Positions 50,108 to 58,739 of a stretch of 64,000 nucleotides of DNA are shown piece after piece. The notes beneath the pieces are model-generated. The model had not been told where the DNA came from and made no database searches. It saw nothing but the letters and a program-made list of their open reading frames with translations. The position numbers were made by a program, and so were the translations under genes. Source of the DNA: Myxococcota bacterium. GTDB taxonomy: Bacteria > Myxococcota_C > UBA6777. Every line of letters starts with the position of its first letter. The stretch's first letter is position 1. The stretch is from assembly GCA_963169055.1 (NCBI GenBank), contig CAUJFU010000170.1, positions 202 through 64,201 of the forward strand. The letters are read 5' to 3'.

Positions 50108-51022
50108 ATGAAGAGGTCACTACCGATTCCGTCCGGTTCGCTGGAACGTTACCTTCAAGAGATCAACCGTTATCCGTTGCTTTCGGCAGAACAAGAAAAG
50201 ATGCTTGCGAGGAAGTGGGCCGATCTGGGGGATCGCGATGCAGCGCGTATGTTGACGACGAGCAACTTGCGTTTCGTTGTGAAGATTTCTTATGAGTATC
50301 GGCGTTATGGGATTCGCCTTTCGGATCTGATTCAAGAAGGAAACATTGGTTTGATTATGGCGGTCAAGAAGTTCGATCCAGATCGCGGTGTACGATTGAT
50401 CTCGTATGCGGTGTGGTGGATTCGGGCGCAGATCCAGAACTTTATTTTGCAAAGTTGGCGTTTGGTGAAGATCGGGACGACACAAGCGCAACGCCGTTTG
50501 TTTTACAAATTGGAAAAGACGAAGCGGATGTTGGCTCGGATGCACGGGGGCCGCGACAAAGTGGATCGCAAGTTGGTGGCCGACGCTTTGAATGTCAAGG
50601 AAGAGTTAGTCGAGGAGATGGAGCAGCGTTTGGGTGCGCAAGAAGTCTCGTTGGATAGCCGCTTTCAGATGGAAGGTGAAGAAGGGCGAAGCTTGACGGA
50701 GATTTTGCCGGACAATGGGCCAAGTCAAGAAGAGATGATGGGCGATGCAGAGTACGAAGATGTACGTCGCCAGCATCTTTATGACGCGTTGGAGCAGTTG
50801 TCTGATCGCGAGCGTCTGATTATCCGTCGCCGCCGCTTGATCGAAGAGCCTCAAACGTTGAGCGAGATCGGCAAGGATCTTGGGATTACACGCGAGCGCG
50901 TGCGTCAGCTCGAAGCGCGTGCGTTGCGCAAACTACGCAGCTTTTTGGAAGATGGTGGACTGATCGATCTTTTCGAGGAGATCGAGATCTTCACGGAAGA
51001 GCCAGCCGAAGCGCGGGTATGA
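50108..51022 (+). CDS. RNA polymerase sigma factor, sigma-70 family, RpoH (sigma-32)-like
   Basis: Region 2 DLIQEGNIGLIMAVKKFDPDRGVRLISYAVWWIRAQI. An RpoH-box-like GTTQAQRRLFYKLEKTKR. Region 4.2 TLSEIGKDLGITRERVRQLEARALRKLR. Strong RBS AAGGAGG. Confidence 0.9.
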   Translation: MKRSLPIPSGSLERYLQEINRYPLLSAEQEKMLARKWADLGDRDAARMLTTSNLRFVVKISYEYRRYGIRLSDLIQEGNIGLIMAVKKFDPDRGVRLISYAVWWIRAQIQNFILQSWRLVKIGTTQAQRRLFYKLEKTKRMLARMHGGRDKVDRKLVADALNVKEELVEEMEQRLGAQEVSLDSRFQMEGEEGRSLTEILPDNGPSQEEMMGDAEYEDVRRQHLYDALEQLSDRERLIIRRRRLIEEPQTLSEIGKDLGITRERVRQLEARALRKLRSFLEDGGLIDLFEEIEIFTEEPAEARV

Positions 51023-51093
51023 TGTGTCTTGTGTGTGTTTCCTCTTGATGTTAGAAGCTTCTACTCAAATAGGCGGGTGGATAGGGGAATTGG

Positions 51094-52134
51094 ATGCACT
51101 TGTCTTCGTTTTTGTACGATCTACCAGACGAATTGATTGCTCACAGTCCGGCGCGTGAGCGCGGAGAATCGAGGTTGATGTGTTTGTCACGGGAACAGGA
51201 CACACCCGCGTCGCATCATTTTTTCCGTGATCTACCGTCTTTTTTGCGAGCGGGTGATCTTTTGGTCATGAACGACACGAAGGTGTTTCCTGCGCGACTT
51301 TTTGTCAAAAAGCCGTCAGGTGGGCGTGTTGAGCTGTTGTTCTTGCAGCGAGAACAAGGGGAGGATGGGCAAGTTTGGAGGGCGATGGCGCGTTCTTCTC
51401 GTTCGATCCGTGTTGGGATGGAGTTGGCTTTTCCAGAAGAACATGGCGCGGATGTCATAGGTCGGACAGAAGATGGAGCAGTGCTACTCCGTATCCCTGA
51501 AACGCTCGATCTATTCGGTCTATTAGAGCGTCATGGAGAGATCCCTTTGCCACCCTATATTAACCCACGCCAAGGAACGGTGGATCATGCCACGCGTTAC
51601 CAGACGGTGTATGCGAGAGAGCGAGGGGCCGTTGCTGCGCCCACGGCAGGGTTGCATTTTAGCGAGGCGTTGTTGGAGACCTTGTTGGGGATGGGGGTTG
51701 GCTTGTCTTGGGTGACGTTGCATGTAGGGGCGGGTACCTTTTTGCCTGTGCGGGTGGAAGATATCCGCGAACATCGGATGCACGCGGAACGCTATCAGAT
51801 ATCGGATGAAACCGCGCAGGCTTGGCAAGAAACCAAGGCCAAAGGAGGGCGCGTTATCGCTGTGGGGACGACCTCTTTGAGGGCATTGGAAGCGTCCGCG
51901 CTGGGTGATCATCGCGTGGTGGCGGGAGAAAAGGAAACAGATATCTTCATCTATCCGGGATTTTCGTTTCGTGCGGTGGATGGTTTGATCACCAACTTTC
52001 ACTTGCCTGCTTCGACGTTGTTGATGTTGGTTTCTGCGTTTCACGGTCAAGAACGGACGTTGCGAGCCTACGAAGAAGCGGTTCGGTTGGGGTATCGTTT
52101 TTACAGTTATGGCGATGCGATGTTGATCTTGTGA
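51094..52134 (+). CDS. queA: S-adenosylmethionine:tRNA ribosyltransferase-isomerase
   Basis: F.YDLPDELIA..P...R..SRLM at the N-terminus, plus PLPPYI, RYQTVYA...GAVAAPTAGLHF, GTTS.RALE and ITNFHLP.STLLMLVSAF. These are characteristic QueA motifs, and the length is ~345 aa. Confidence 0.95.
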   Translation: MHLSSFLYDLPDELIAHSPARERGESRLMCLSREQDTPASHHFFRDLPSFLRAGDLLVMNDTKVFPARLFVKKPSGGRVELLFLQREQGEDGQVWRAMARSSRSIRVGMELAFPEEHGADVIGRTEDGAVLLRIPETLDLFGLLERHGEIPLPPYINPRQGTVDHATRYQTVYARERGAVAAPTAGLHFSEALLETLLGMGVGLSWVTLHVGAGTFLPVRVEDIREHRMHAERYQISDETAQAWQETKAKGGRVIAVGTTSLRALEASALGDHRVVAGEKETDIFIYPGFSFRAVDGLITNFHLPASTLLMLVSAFHGQERTLRAYEEAVRLGYRFYSYGDAMLIL

Positions 52135-52237
52135 AGAAAGCGAACGAAGGTGTTTGAGTCGGCGGGGTGGGGAAGAGCGGTGTTGGGTTGCGGATTCGTT
52201 GGGTTGAAAAAAGCAACAGCGTCGAGACAAGGGGTAG

Positions 52238-53764
52238 CTAGTTGTTTTTTGCGCCTTGGCAGATCCAGTTTTTGATCATCGTGATCTCGGCGGTGGTAAG
52301 GGTTCCTCCACGCGGCATGCGTGCGCCACAGGTTGGTGTTGCGGACTCCACTTTTTCGACGACATAGCTTTGAGCGGCGTTTCCGCTCACGACAAAGGTT
52401 TTGTTGCTGCATGTGCTTTTGCCCGTTGTAAGCGAGCCAAAGGATTTGGCCGCCTCAAGGCTGAGTCCTCCTGACGGAGTGTTGCCGCTGTGACAGCCGA
52501 TACAACGGGAGTTCAAGATGCTTTGGATGTTGGTTGCGTAACTGACGGTTGTTCCGCAAGGATCACCGCATTTCCCTGCGACGCAGGCTTGCCCTGTGGC
52601 GCACTTGTTGTTGCAAGTGCCGCAATGATCGAAGTCTGTTTGAAGGTCAAGACAAGTGGTGTTTGTGCCGCAGAGAGTTCTTCCTGTGGGGCAGCCGCAT
52701 TTGCTGTTGGCGCATACTTGCGATGTCGGGCATTTGGCGTTGCAGGCGCTGCAATGGCTTGCGTTATTTGTGAGGTTGACACAGGAAGTTCCGCATTTGG
52801 TGGTCCCTGTGGGGCAAGTGCAAACACCATTTTGGCAAGCGTTTCCCCCCGTACATCGGTTTCCACAAGCGTTACAATGGTTGCTGTCCGTTTTAAGATC
52901 CACGCAAGCCCCGTTACAATCGGTTTGTCCTGTGGGGCAGGTGCATTTTCCTGAAACGCAGGTTGCACCTGTGGGGCAGGTTCCACCGCATTTTCCGCAG
53001 TGTTGGGCATTGGTTTGTGTGTTGATGCACTGGCTGTTGCAGTCGGTTTGTCCTGTGGGGCAGCCGCATCGACCATTGAGGCATTGGGTGGGGCATTTTT
53101 CCCCGCATTTTCCGCAATGATCTGTGTTGGATTGCGTATCGACGCATTGATCGCCGCAAAGCACTTGTTGATCTGGGCAAAGGCAAGTCGCTTGTTGGCA
53201 GATCTGGCCGGTGGGACAAGCGTTGTTGCATTTTCCACAATGGCGGGCGTTGTTTTGTGGATCGACGCACTCCGCAAGGCAGAGCAGTTTTCCGCTCGGG
53301 CAGGAGCATAAGCCTTGTTTGCAGGTGGTTTGGGCCGGACAAGCATTGTTGCAAGCACCGCAGTGGAGGCTACTTGTTTGAAGATCGATGCAAGCATCGG
53401 CGCAGCGGGTTGTTCCCGTTGGGCAGGCTACGCTGCTTAGGCACGCACCGTCGAGGCAGATTTCGTTGTTTGCACAGGCGTTGTTGCATTTTCCGCAATG
53501 TTGGGGGTTGGTCTTGAGATCTTTGCAACCTCCCACACAAGGCGTTTGAGGACTCGGGCAAGATTCAGGGGGGAAGCCGCCGTCTTCGGGGGAAGTTTCT
53601 GCGGACATTTCGAGAGGTGTTTCGCTGTTGGGTTCGGAGGCGGATTCTTGTTGACCTTCGGGCTGTGGGGGGGGGCCGCATTGGACAAAGAACGTGAGCG
53701 GAATCGCAAGAAAAGAAAGCAAAAGAAGTCCGCGTCGGATAAGCCGTGTGGGGTGCATCGGCAT
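52238..53764 (-). CDS. Secreted protein with 8 tandem ~40-aa Cys-rich (Stig1-like) repeats and a C-terminal CxxCH (PSCyt1-like) module
   Basis: ATG 53764 follows GGAGGAG, with signal LLLLSFLAIPLTFFVQC. The unit CP.G.T.C...C.DLQT...HCG.C.N.CP.G..C..G.C occurs eight times. The C-terminal NSRCIGCHSGNTPSGGLSL carries a c-type haem-binding CxxCH motif at 52490-52504. Confidence 0.8.
   Translation of the reverse strand: MPMHPTRLIRRGLLLLSFLAIPLTFFVQCGPPPQPEGQQESASEPNSETPLEMSAETSPEDGGFPPESCPSPQTPCVGGCKDLKTNPQHCGKCNNACANNEICLDGACLSSVACPTGTTRCADACIDLQTSSLHCGACNNACPAQTTCKQGLCSCPSGKLLCLAECVDPQNNARHCGKCNNACPTGQICQQATCLCPDQQVLCGDQCVDTQSNTDHCGKCGEKCPTQCLNGRCGCPTGQTDCNSQCINTQTNAQHCGKCGGTCPTGATCVSGKCTCPTGQTDCNGACVDLKTDSNHCNACGNRCTGGNACQNGVCTCPTGTTKCGTSCVNLTNNASHCSACNAKCPTSQVCANSKCGCPTGRTLCGTNTTCLDLQTDFDHCGTCNNKCATGQACVAGKCGDPCGTTVSYATNIQSILNSRCIGCHSGNTPSGGLSLEAAKSFGSLTTGKSTCSNKTFVVSGNAAQSYVVEKVESATPTCGARMPRGGTLTTAEITMIKNWICQGAKNN
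52568..53560 (-). repeat. Eight tandem ~120-bp coding repeats (Cys-rich modules)
   Basis: I counted the repeats in the translation: eight units, each beginning CP.G and ending G.C(T/G/S). Each unit holds 8 Cys except unit 4 (CPDQQV...NGRCG), which holds 7. Confidence 0.85.
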
Positions 53765-54021
53765 GGTCTCCTCCGTTGGCAGTGTTATGTTGCAAAGTCT
53801 CGGATGTTCGGTTGGAATGAACATCTTCGTTTCAAACGAAGGGAGTATACCACGCACGCAAAAGATCGAGGCTTTTTTCTAGGGCGCTGTCACGGTTTTG
53901 GGTTGCGTTCACCGAGCATCGTGTAAGGTTGCTTTGGATCGTCGTGAGTATGCAATCCAAAACCTCCGCGTTCGCGGCACTTCAAGCGACAGAGTCGTCT
54001 GTCTGAAAAACGCTGAGCTCT

Positions 54022-56565
54022 TCAACGGACAGAAACGATGACTGGGGGAGAGCGAAAGCGCCCGTCGGGTGTGGTTGCGAAGATGCGAAATTGTCCGCGA
54101 CGCAGCGGCCAGCGCATCCGATAGGGCCAAGACTTACGTCCGATCTCGTGGCCGTTTGCGTACCAGATCACCGAATCGATCGGCTTTGAGATATCCACTT
54201 CAAGAGAAAGTGTCGAATAATCCGAGGGGATCGTTTCATCAAGGATATAGCGTGCGCCATCTGTGGGGCTGCGAATACTCATCCACAACGTGCGAGAAGA
54301 AGCGGCCTGTTTGGGCGGACAGGCCGGGCTGTAGCGATGAGGGGGTTGCGGAAGCTGCATCACATGGGCCCAGAGTTGATAGGCCGGTGGAACCAAGACA
54401 AAGGGGCGTTCGATCGTCTCCTTCGAGGAGCAGGTGGATCCTGCAAGAAGACCGTTGCGTGGGTCGATGCGCAGGTTGCGATGAAAAGGGCAATGCTCGT
54501 GGAGATGTTTGTGGGTGGGCGGAAACCATTCTTCGACCGTTCCCGGGCATTGTGAAGAAGCCGGAAATCCCGACATTGCACAGATCATCTTGTGCTTCCA
54601 TGCCGCAGGTGGTTGCGGCGGTTGTATCGGCTTTTCAGGTTCGAGGTGTTTCATCGCCTCGATCATCACTTCACGAAATATCGAGCCACAACCTATTCCT
54701 CCCGATACTCGGCGCATTCTTCGCTGATCGTGGTTTCCTACCCAACACCCTACTGTGACACGATCACTAAACCCAAGCGTCCAAGCATCCCGATGTCCTT
54801 GGCTTGTGCCTGTTTTGACAGCCGTTGGGAAGGGCAGTTCAAGTGCGCTATAACGTCCGAATGATGGGAGTCTTGCGATCGGGTCTGCGAGGATGTGGGC
54901 AATCATCTGTGTGGCCTCTTTTGGCAAAATCTGTTCTTTGGCGAGGGGGGGCGTCAGCAGGTGGCCTCGCCATTGCGTCGTTGGGACGGGTCGTTGGAGA
55001 CTGTCTCGCGCTTGATGAAGCCAACGCAACGGCAGGCTTTGACCACTACGCGCAAGGACCGCATAAGCGCGGGTCAGATTCAATAGGCTTTCCGCTCCAC
55101 CCCCCAGTGCTAGCCCCAGTCCGTAATATCCGGCGCTTTTGTCGTAATGGTGCATGCCGACTTTGCGCAGTTGTTGGAGGACTTCGGGGACGCCTACTTT
55201 GGCGAGCGCGTGCAAAGCAGGGATATTGCGGGAGTTTCCAAGCGCCACACGCATCCGCAACGGCCCAAGCGAACGGTCGTCGTAGTTTTGCGGATGGTAC
55301 GCCCCCTTTTTCCAGAGGAAAGAGGCCGATATGTCGGATAAAAGTGTGGCCCCTGTATATTGGCGCGTTTGGATCGCTTGGATATAGATAAACGGTTTGA
55401 GTGTTGAACCCGGGGCGCGTGGTGTGCGCACATAGTCGATGGCACCGTGCTTTTCTTTGTCGAGATAAGCATGCGATCCGACATAGGCCAGTATCTCCCC
55501 CGAGCGATGGTCGATCACGATCACTGCGCCTGTTCCGACGCCATAGGATGTGAGTTGGGACAGATGTTGGCGCAAGATCCGCGCTGTGGATTTTTGAAGT
55601 CGCAAGTCGATCGTCGTGCGGATCGTTGCGATCTGGCGTCGAAGAGAGGGCGCGGATTGGCGTTTCCACGCAGCCGCGATCTGTTCGGTCAGATGGACGC
55701 TTTCGATCGATCGTCGGGGTTTTTGACGCAAGTGCAAGGGATCGCCCAAGGCTTCAAGATACTGACGTTGTGTGATCAAGCCCAAGGTGCGGGCGCGTTT
55801 GAGGATACGTTGGGCGCGTTTCCATGCTTTGCGTTGGCCGGACAAGCGGAAGGGGTTGAGTTGGCTCGGAGACCACGGAAGGGCCGCAAGAAACGCGGCT
55901 TGGGCGAGGCTGAGATCGGATGCAGGGCGATCGAAGTAGAGCAGAGAGGCGCGTTGGACGCCTTGAACGCGATTGCCATAGGGAGCGCGGTTGAGGTATT
56001 CGCGGAGGATGCCTTCGGCCTCCAGATCGCGTTGTAAAACCAAGGCCCAGTACATCTCTTTGATCTTGTTGGCGTAAGTGCGCGCAGCAGGGCGAAGCTG
56101 GCGAACCAATTGCATCGAAAGTGTGCTGGCCCCCGATATCCGACGGCCTTTGCTGGTATTGCTCCACAACGCCCGAAGCACCGCCCACGGATCTACTCCA
56201 TGATGGCGGTAAAGTCGGTGATCTTCGGCGGCGAGCGTGGCGATACGGATCGCGGATGGAAGGCGATCGCCCGGAAGCCACGTACCAAAACGATCGTTGG
56301 CAGCAGGTTCTTCGTGCATAAACCGACCGTTGCGATCTTGGATGCGCAAAGATATCGTCCCCGCCGCAAACCAATCGTGCGGAAAGGGCTGCCACCACAA
56401 CGCCACCATCAAGCTGATCGTTGCGAGTAGCGCAAGGTTGATCCCCCAAGCCGCCGAATATCCGCACACTTGAGCGATGCGCTTTTGTCTTTGGCGTTGC
56501 CTCTTCTTTTGCAAGACCTTGGGAGGTAGGGGGAGCGGAGCGGAGCGCATCGGTAATGTCGACAT
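54022..56565 (-). CDS. pbpC: Penicillin-binding protein 1C (bifunctional transglycosylase/transpeptidase with PBP1C C-terminal domain)
   Basis: GT51 motifs LAAEDHRLYRHHGVD and GASTLSMQL. Transpeptidase motifs STLKPF (SxxK), NSRN (SxN) and KTGTS (KTG). A ~150-aa C-terminal extension as in PBP1C. The start is uncertain among in-frame ATGs at 56583, 56565 and 56550; I chose 56565 for its AGGAAG spacing. Confidence 0.9.
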   Translation of the reverse strand: MSTLPMRSAPLPLPPKVLQKKRQRQRQKRIAQVCGYSAAWGINLALLATISLMVALWWQPFPHDWFAAGTISLRIQDRNGRFMHEEPAANDRFGTWLPGDRLPSAIRIATLAAEDHRLYRHHGVDPWAVLRALWSNTSKGRRISGASTLSMQLVRQLRPAARTYANKIKEMYWALVLQRDLEAEGILREYLNRAPYGNRVQGVQRASLLYFDRPASDLSLAQAAFLAALPWSPSQLNPFRLSGQRKAWKRAQRILKRARTLGLITQRQYLEALGDPLHLRQKPRRSIESVHLTEQIAAAWKRQSAPSLRRQIATIRTTIDLRLQKSTARILRQHLSQLTSYGVGTGAVIVIDHRSGEILAYVGSHAYLDKEKHGAIDYVRTPRAPGSTLKPFIYIQAIQTRQYTGATLLSDISASFLWKKGAYHPQNYDDRSLGPLRMRVALGNSRNIPALHALAKVGVPEVLQQLRKVGMHHYDKSAGYYGLGLALGGGAESLLNLTRAYAVLARSGQSLPLRWLHQARDSLQRPVPTTQWRGHLLTPPLAKEQILPKEATQMIAHILADPIARLPSFGRYSALELPFPTAVKTGTSQGHRDAWTLGFSDRVTVGCWVGNHDQRRMRRVSGGIGCGSIFREVMIEAMKHLEPEKPIQPPQPPAAWKHKMICAMSGFPASSQCPGTVEEWFPPTHKHLHEHCPFHRNLRIDPRNGLLAGSTCSSKETIERPFVLVPPAYQLWAHVMQLPQPPHRYSPACPPKQAASSRTLWMSIRSPTDGARYILDETIPSDYSTLSLEVDISKPIDSVIWYANGHEIGRKSWPYRMRWPLRRGQFRIFATTPDGRFRSPPVIVSVR

Positions 56566-56917
56566 CGCGTCTTCCTGTGGCATGGCGTGGGTGGAATACC
56601 CAAAGCAGGCAAAAAAGCGAGCGCGTTGCTTGTACAAAAAAGCGAGCGCATCGCCCATCCAAGAGGCATCTACATTCTCGACAAGAAAGAGAGATGCGCG
56701 CAAGATGGGTGTTCTGTGAATTTTGTTGGGGTGGCTTGCTTGGGCTTGTTTTGGTGGGGTTTCACCCCACACACCGCCATAGACTGTCGCCCCTTGACCC
56801 CGTGAGGGGCGAAAAGATCACCGCTTTCCAAACCAACGACGCTCTCGCTTGGAGGGGCGCGAACATGGGGTTTTTTGTCAACTGCGTAAGTCCTATACAA
56901 ATAAGGAGTGGTAAAGA

Positions 56918-57289
56918 ATGCACGATCTGTTGGAATTGGGACGGAGTTGGATCGCGATCTACGGACGCCCTGCGCTGTTCGGGATCGTTTTGGTGTGGGC
57001 CTATTGTTCGGGCTTGGTGCATCTCGCAGATGATCAAGGCAAGCGTATTCGGGAACATCTGTTTGCACCCGCGATCTTGTTGATGACGATCGTTTGGGCC
57101 GCTGTGTGGGGCTTTGTGGTGCCTGAAGCTGTGCTGTTCTTGCTTGGCCGCTCGCGTGGAATTCTCTCACCACTCACAAGCAAGACGCTTTGGGTGGTCG
57201 GGTTTGGGGCCTACTTGTTTTGGTGGATCTGGACGATGGTGTACATCATCACTCCGTTTCGTCGGATCATGCGAAAACAGCGGCGTTAA
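56918..57289 (+). CDS. Small integral membrane protein (3-4 TM helices), unknown function
   Basis: AAGGAG RBS. Hydrophobic helices ALFGIVLVWAYCSGLV, APAILLMTIVWAAVWGFVVPEAVLFLL and LWVVGFGAYLFWWIWTMVYII. Confidence 0.55.
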   Translation: MHDLLELGRSWIAIYGRPALFGIVLVWAYCSGLVHLADDQGKRIREHLFAPAILLMTIVWAAVWGFVVPEAVLFLLGRSRGILSPLTSKTLWVVGFGAYLFWWIWTMVYIITPFRRIMRKQRR

Positions 57290-57343
57290 CGAAAGGAACC
57301 CATAAACAGATGGAGAGGGATAAGATGATGGAGGCGGATACAA

Positions 57344-57925
57344 GTGAGGGTGTTGGTGCATCTTGTGTGTGGGTGGCGTGGCGTTGGAAAGACCCGATGG
57401 ATCGGAGAAAAGATTGATCGCAAGCCACAGGGGGAACGTTGGCAAGTGTGGTTTTCCGCGCAAGCTGCGGTGCGTTTGGAGTCGTTGAAAAAAGCGAATG
57501 AGCAGGTGCGTTGGCGATCTTTGCCGAGTGCGTGTGCTTGCTGTACAGGGCGCGTTGCGTTTCAGGTGGCGTTTGTGCGGGCATTGCGAGAAGATCGACC
57601 GGCGTGTGTGTGGATCGAAGTGGGCGCAGGAGTCGATCCAAAGGGCCTCTTGGGAGTCTTGCAGGAAGAAGGATTGAGAGAAAGTGTGCGGGTGGAATCG
57701 GTGGTGGCGTTGGTCGATCGGGAGCAATGGAAGCAGCCGCGTTTGCAAGCACACGAGGGATATCGAGCGCATCTGGAAGCCGCCGACACGCTGTATCTGC
57801 GCAGCGCGTTTGAGGCCGATACAACCGAAGAATCCGAAGCATGGGCGGAGTTTCGCAAACAATGGCGAGGCAAACGCATCGTGATGTGGCCGGAGGAAGT
57901 GATACGAAATGCGCCCGTTGTGTGA
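57344..57925 (+). CDS. Short COG0523/CobW-like G3E P-loop protein (no CobW_C domain)
   Basis: GTG start. Walker A-like CGWRGVGKT (GxxGxGKT), a CxCC metal motif (SACACCTG), and IEVGAG resembling the IETTG switch. At 193 aa it covers only the N-terminal GTPase domain and is divergent. Confidence 0.55.
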   Translation: MRVLVHLVCGWRGVGKTRWIGEKIDRKPQGERWQVWFSAQAAVRLESLKKANEQVRWRSLPSACACCTGRVAFQVAFVRALREDRPACVWIEVGAGVDPKGLLGVLQEEGLRESVRVESVVALVDREQWKQPRLQAHEGYRAHLEAADTLYLRSAFEADTTEESEAWAEFRKQWRGKRIVMWPEEVIRNAPVV

Positions 57926-57934
57926 TCGTAAAGA

Positions 57935-57977
57935 GGTAGCCCCCCGTGGCTGCCCAATAATAGGGCGTCTACGTGCG
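57935..57977. repeat. Third copy of the same intergenic repeat
   Basis: The core at 57946-57972, GTGGCTGCCCAATAATAGGGCGTCTAC, differs from the 35977-36003 core at 2 of 27 positions. It is preceded by GGTAGCC, which forms an imperfect stem with GGCTGCC. It lies just after the COG0523-like stop. Confidence 0.6.
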
Positions 57978-58028
57978 ATCCTTTGTGTACCGCTCGGATA
58001 TCGTATGAGCTGATAGAGCGGAGGTAGG

Positions 58029-58055
58029 CCCGCTGGTTTGAGCGGGGGTGTTTTT
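58029..58055 (+). terminator. Candidate rho-independent terminator after the COG0523-like gene
   Basis: CCCGCT-GGTTTG-AGCGGG (6-bp GC-rich stem) followed by GGTGTTTTTGG. The stem is short and the T-run is 5 nt. Confidence 0.35.
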
Positions 58056-58112
58056 GGCGGGGGGCTGTGGTATGTTGCGCGAGGCCGAAACAGCAAAAGG
58101 GAGAAGAAAGCG

Positions 58113-58571
58113 ATGGGCAAGAAAAAAGAGGAGTGGAAAAAGATCTTGCGGGAGGCGGGTTTGCGTTCGACGGCTCCGCGTGTTGCGGTGTTGCAGCTTT
58201 TGTGTACGTCTGGTCGCCCTCTGTCGCATGGCGAAGTTCTCGAAACATTGGGCCACGACGATTGGGATCAAGCAACGCTGTACCGCAACTTGCTCAAGTT
58301 AGAAGAAGCGAAACTGATCCGTGTGGCCAGTCGCGCAGGCGGGATCACTCACTACGAATACATACAGCCGGGTGAGGAAACGCACCATCATCCGCACTTT
58401 GTATGTGGGGATTGTGGGCAGGTCTCGTGCCTTCCGTGTGATCAAGTCAGCCTCAAGGTGGATGAAAAATGGCGGACATTGCTTGCGGAAAGCGAACTGC
58501 AATTTGTTGGAATTTGCACCCATTGCCGCGAAGAACGCCCGCACGAAGACCTCGAAGAAGTCGAAGGGTAG
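58113..58571 (+). CDS. Fur-family metalloregulator (Zur-like by context)
   Basis: Winged helix LRSTAPRVAVLQLLCTSGRPLSHGEV. The metal sites HHHPHFVCGDCGQVSCL plus CTHC are typical of the Fur family (HHxH, CxxC...CxxC). Confidence 0.85.
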   Translation: MGKKKEEWKKILREAGLRSTAPRVAVLQLLCTSGRPLSHGEVLETLGHDDWDQATLYRNLLKLEEAKLIRVASRAGGITHYEYIQPGEETHHHPHFVCGDCGQVSCLPCDQVSLKVDEKWRTLLAESELQFVGICTHCREERPHEDLEEVEG

Positions 58572-58739
58572 GCGATCTTCGGCGATGAAGAGAGCCGCTG
58601 CGGGTGAAAAAAGTTGCAAGGCTGTAGAAGAAAAAGTCAACACCGAAGGGGCGATGCGGAAAAGAGGCTTGTTTTGTGGGGGGGGATGGCCTAAGCCTTG
58701 TTGGATGATTCCAAGGATGCACAGGACGGAGGATCGAGT

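Noticed and set aside
56787-56812. The 8-bp GC-rich hairpin TCGCCCCT-N10-AGGGGCGA considered as a terminator.
   Set aside because: There is no U-run on either strand, and it lies in a divergent promoter region rather than after a gene.
58066-58078. A TG-GG-TATGTT extended -10-like promoter for the Fur-family gene, and a search for a Zur box in 57926-58112 and 58572-58739.
   Set aside because: The TG is displaced by one base from the canonical TGnTATAAT register. I could not find an AT-rich palindrome resembling known Zur or Fur boxes.
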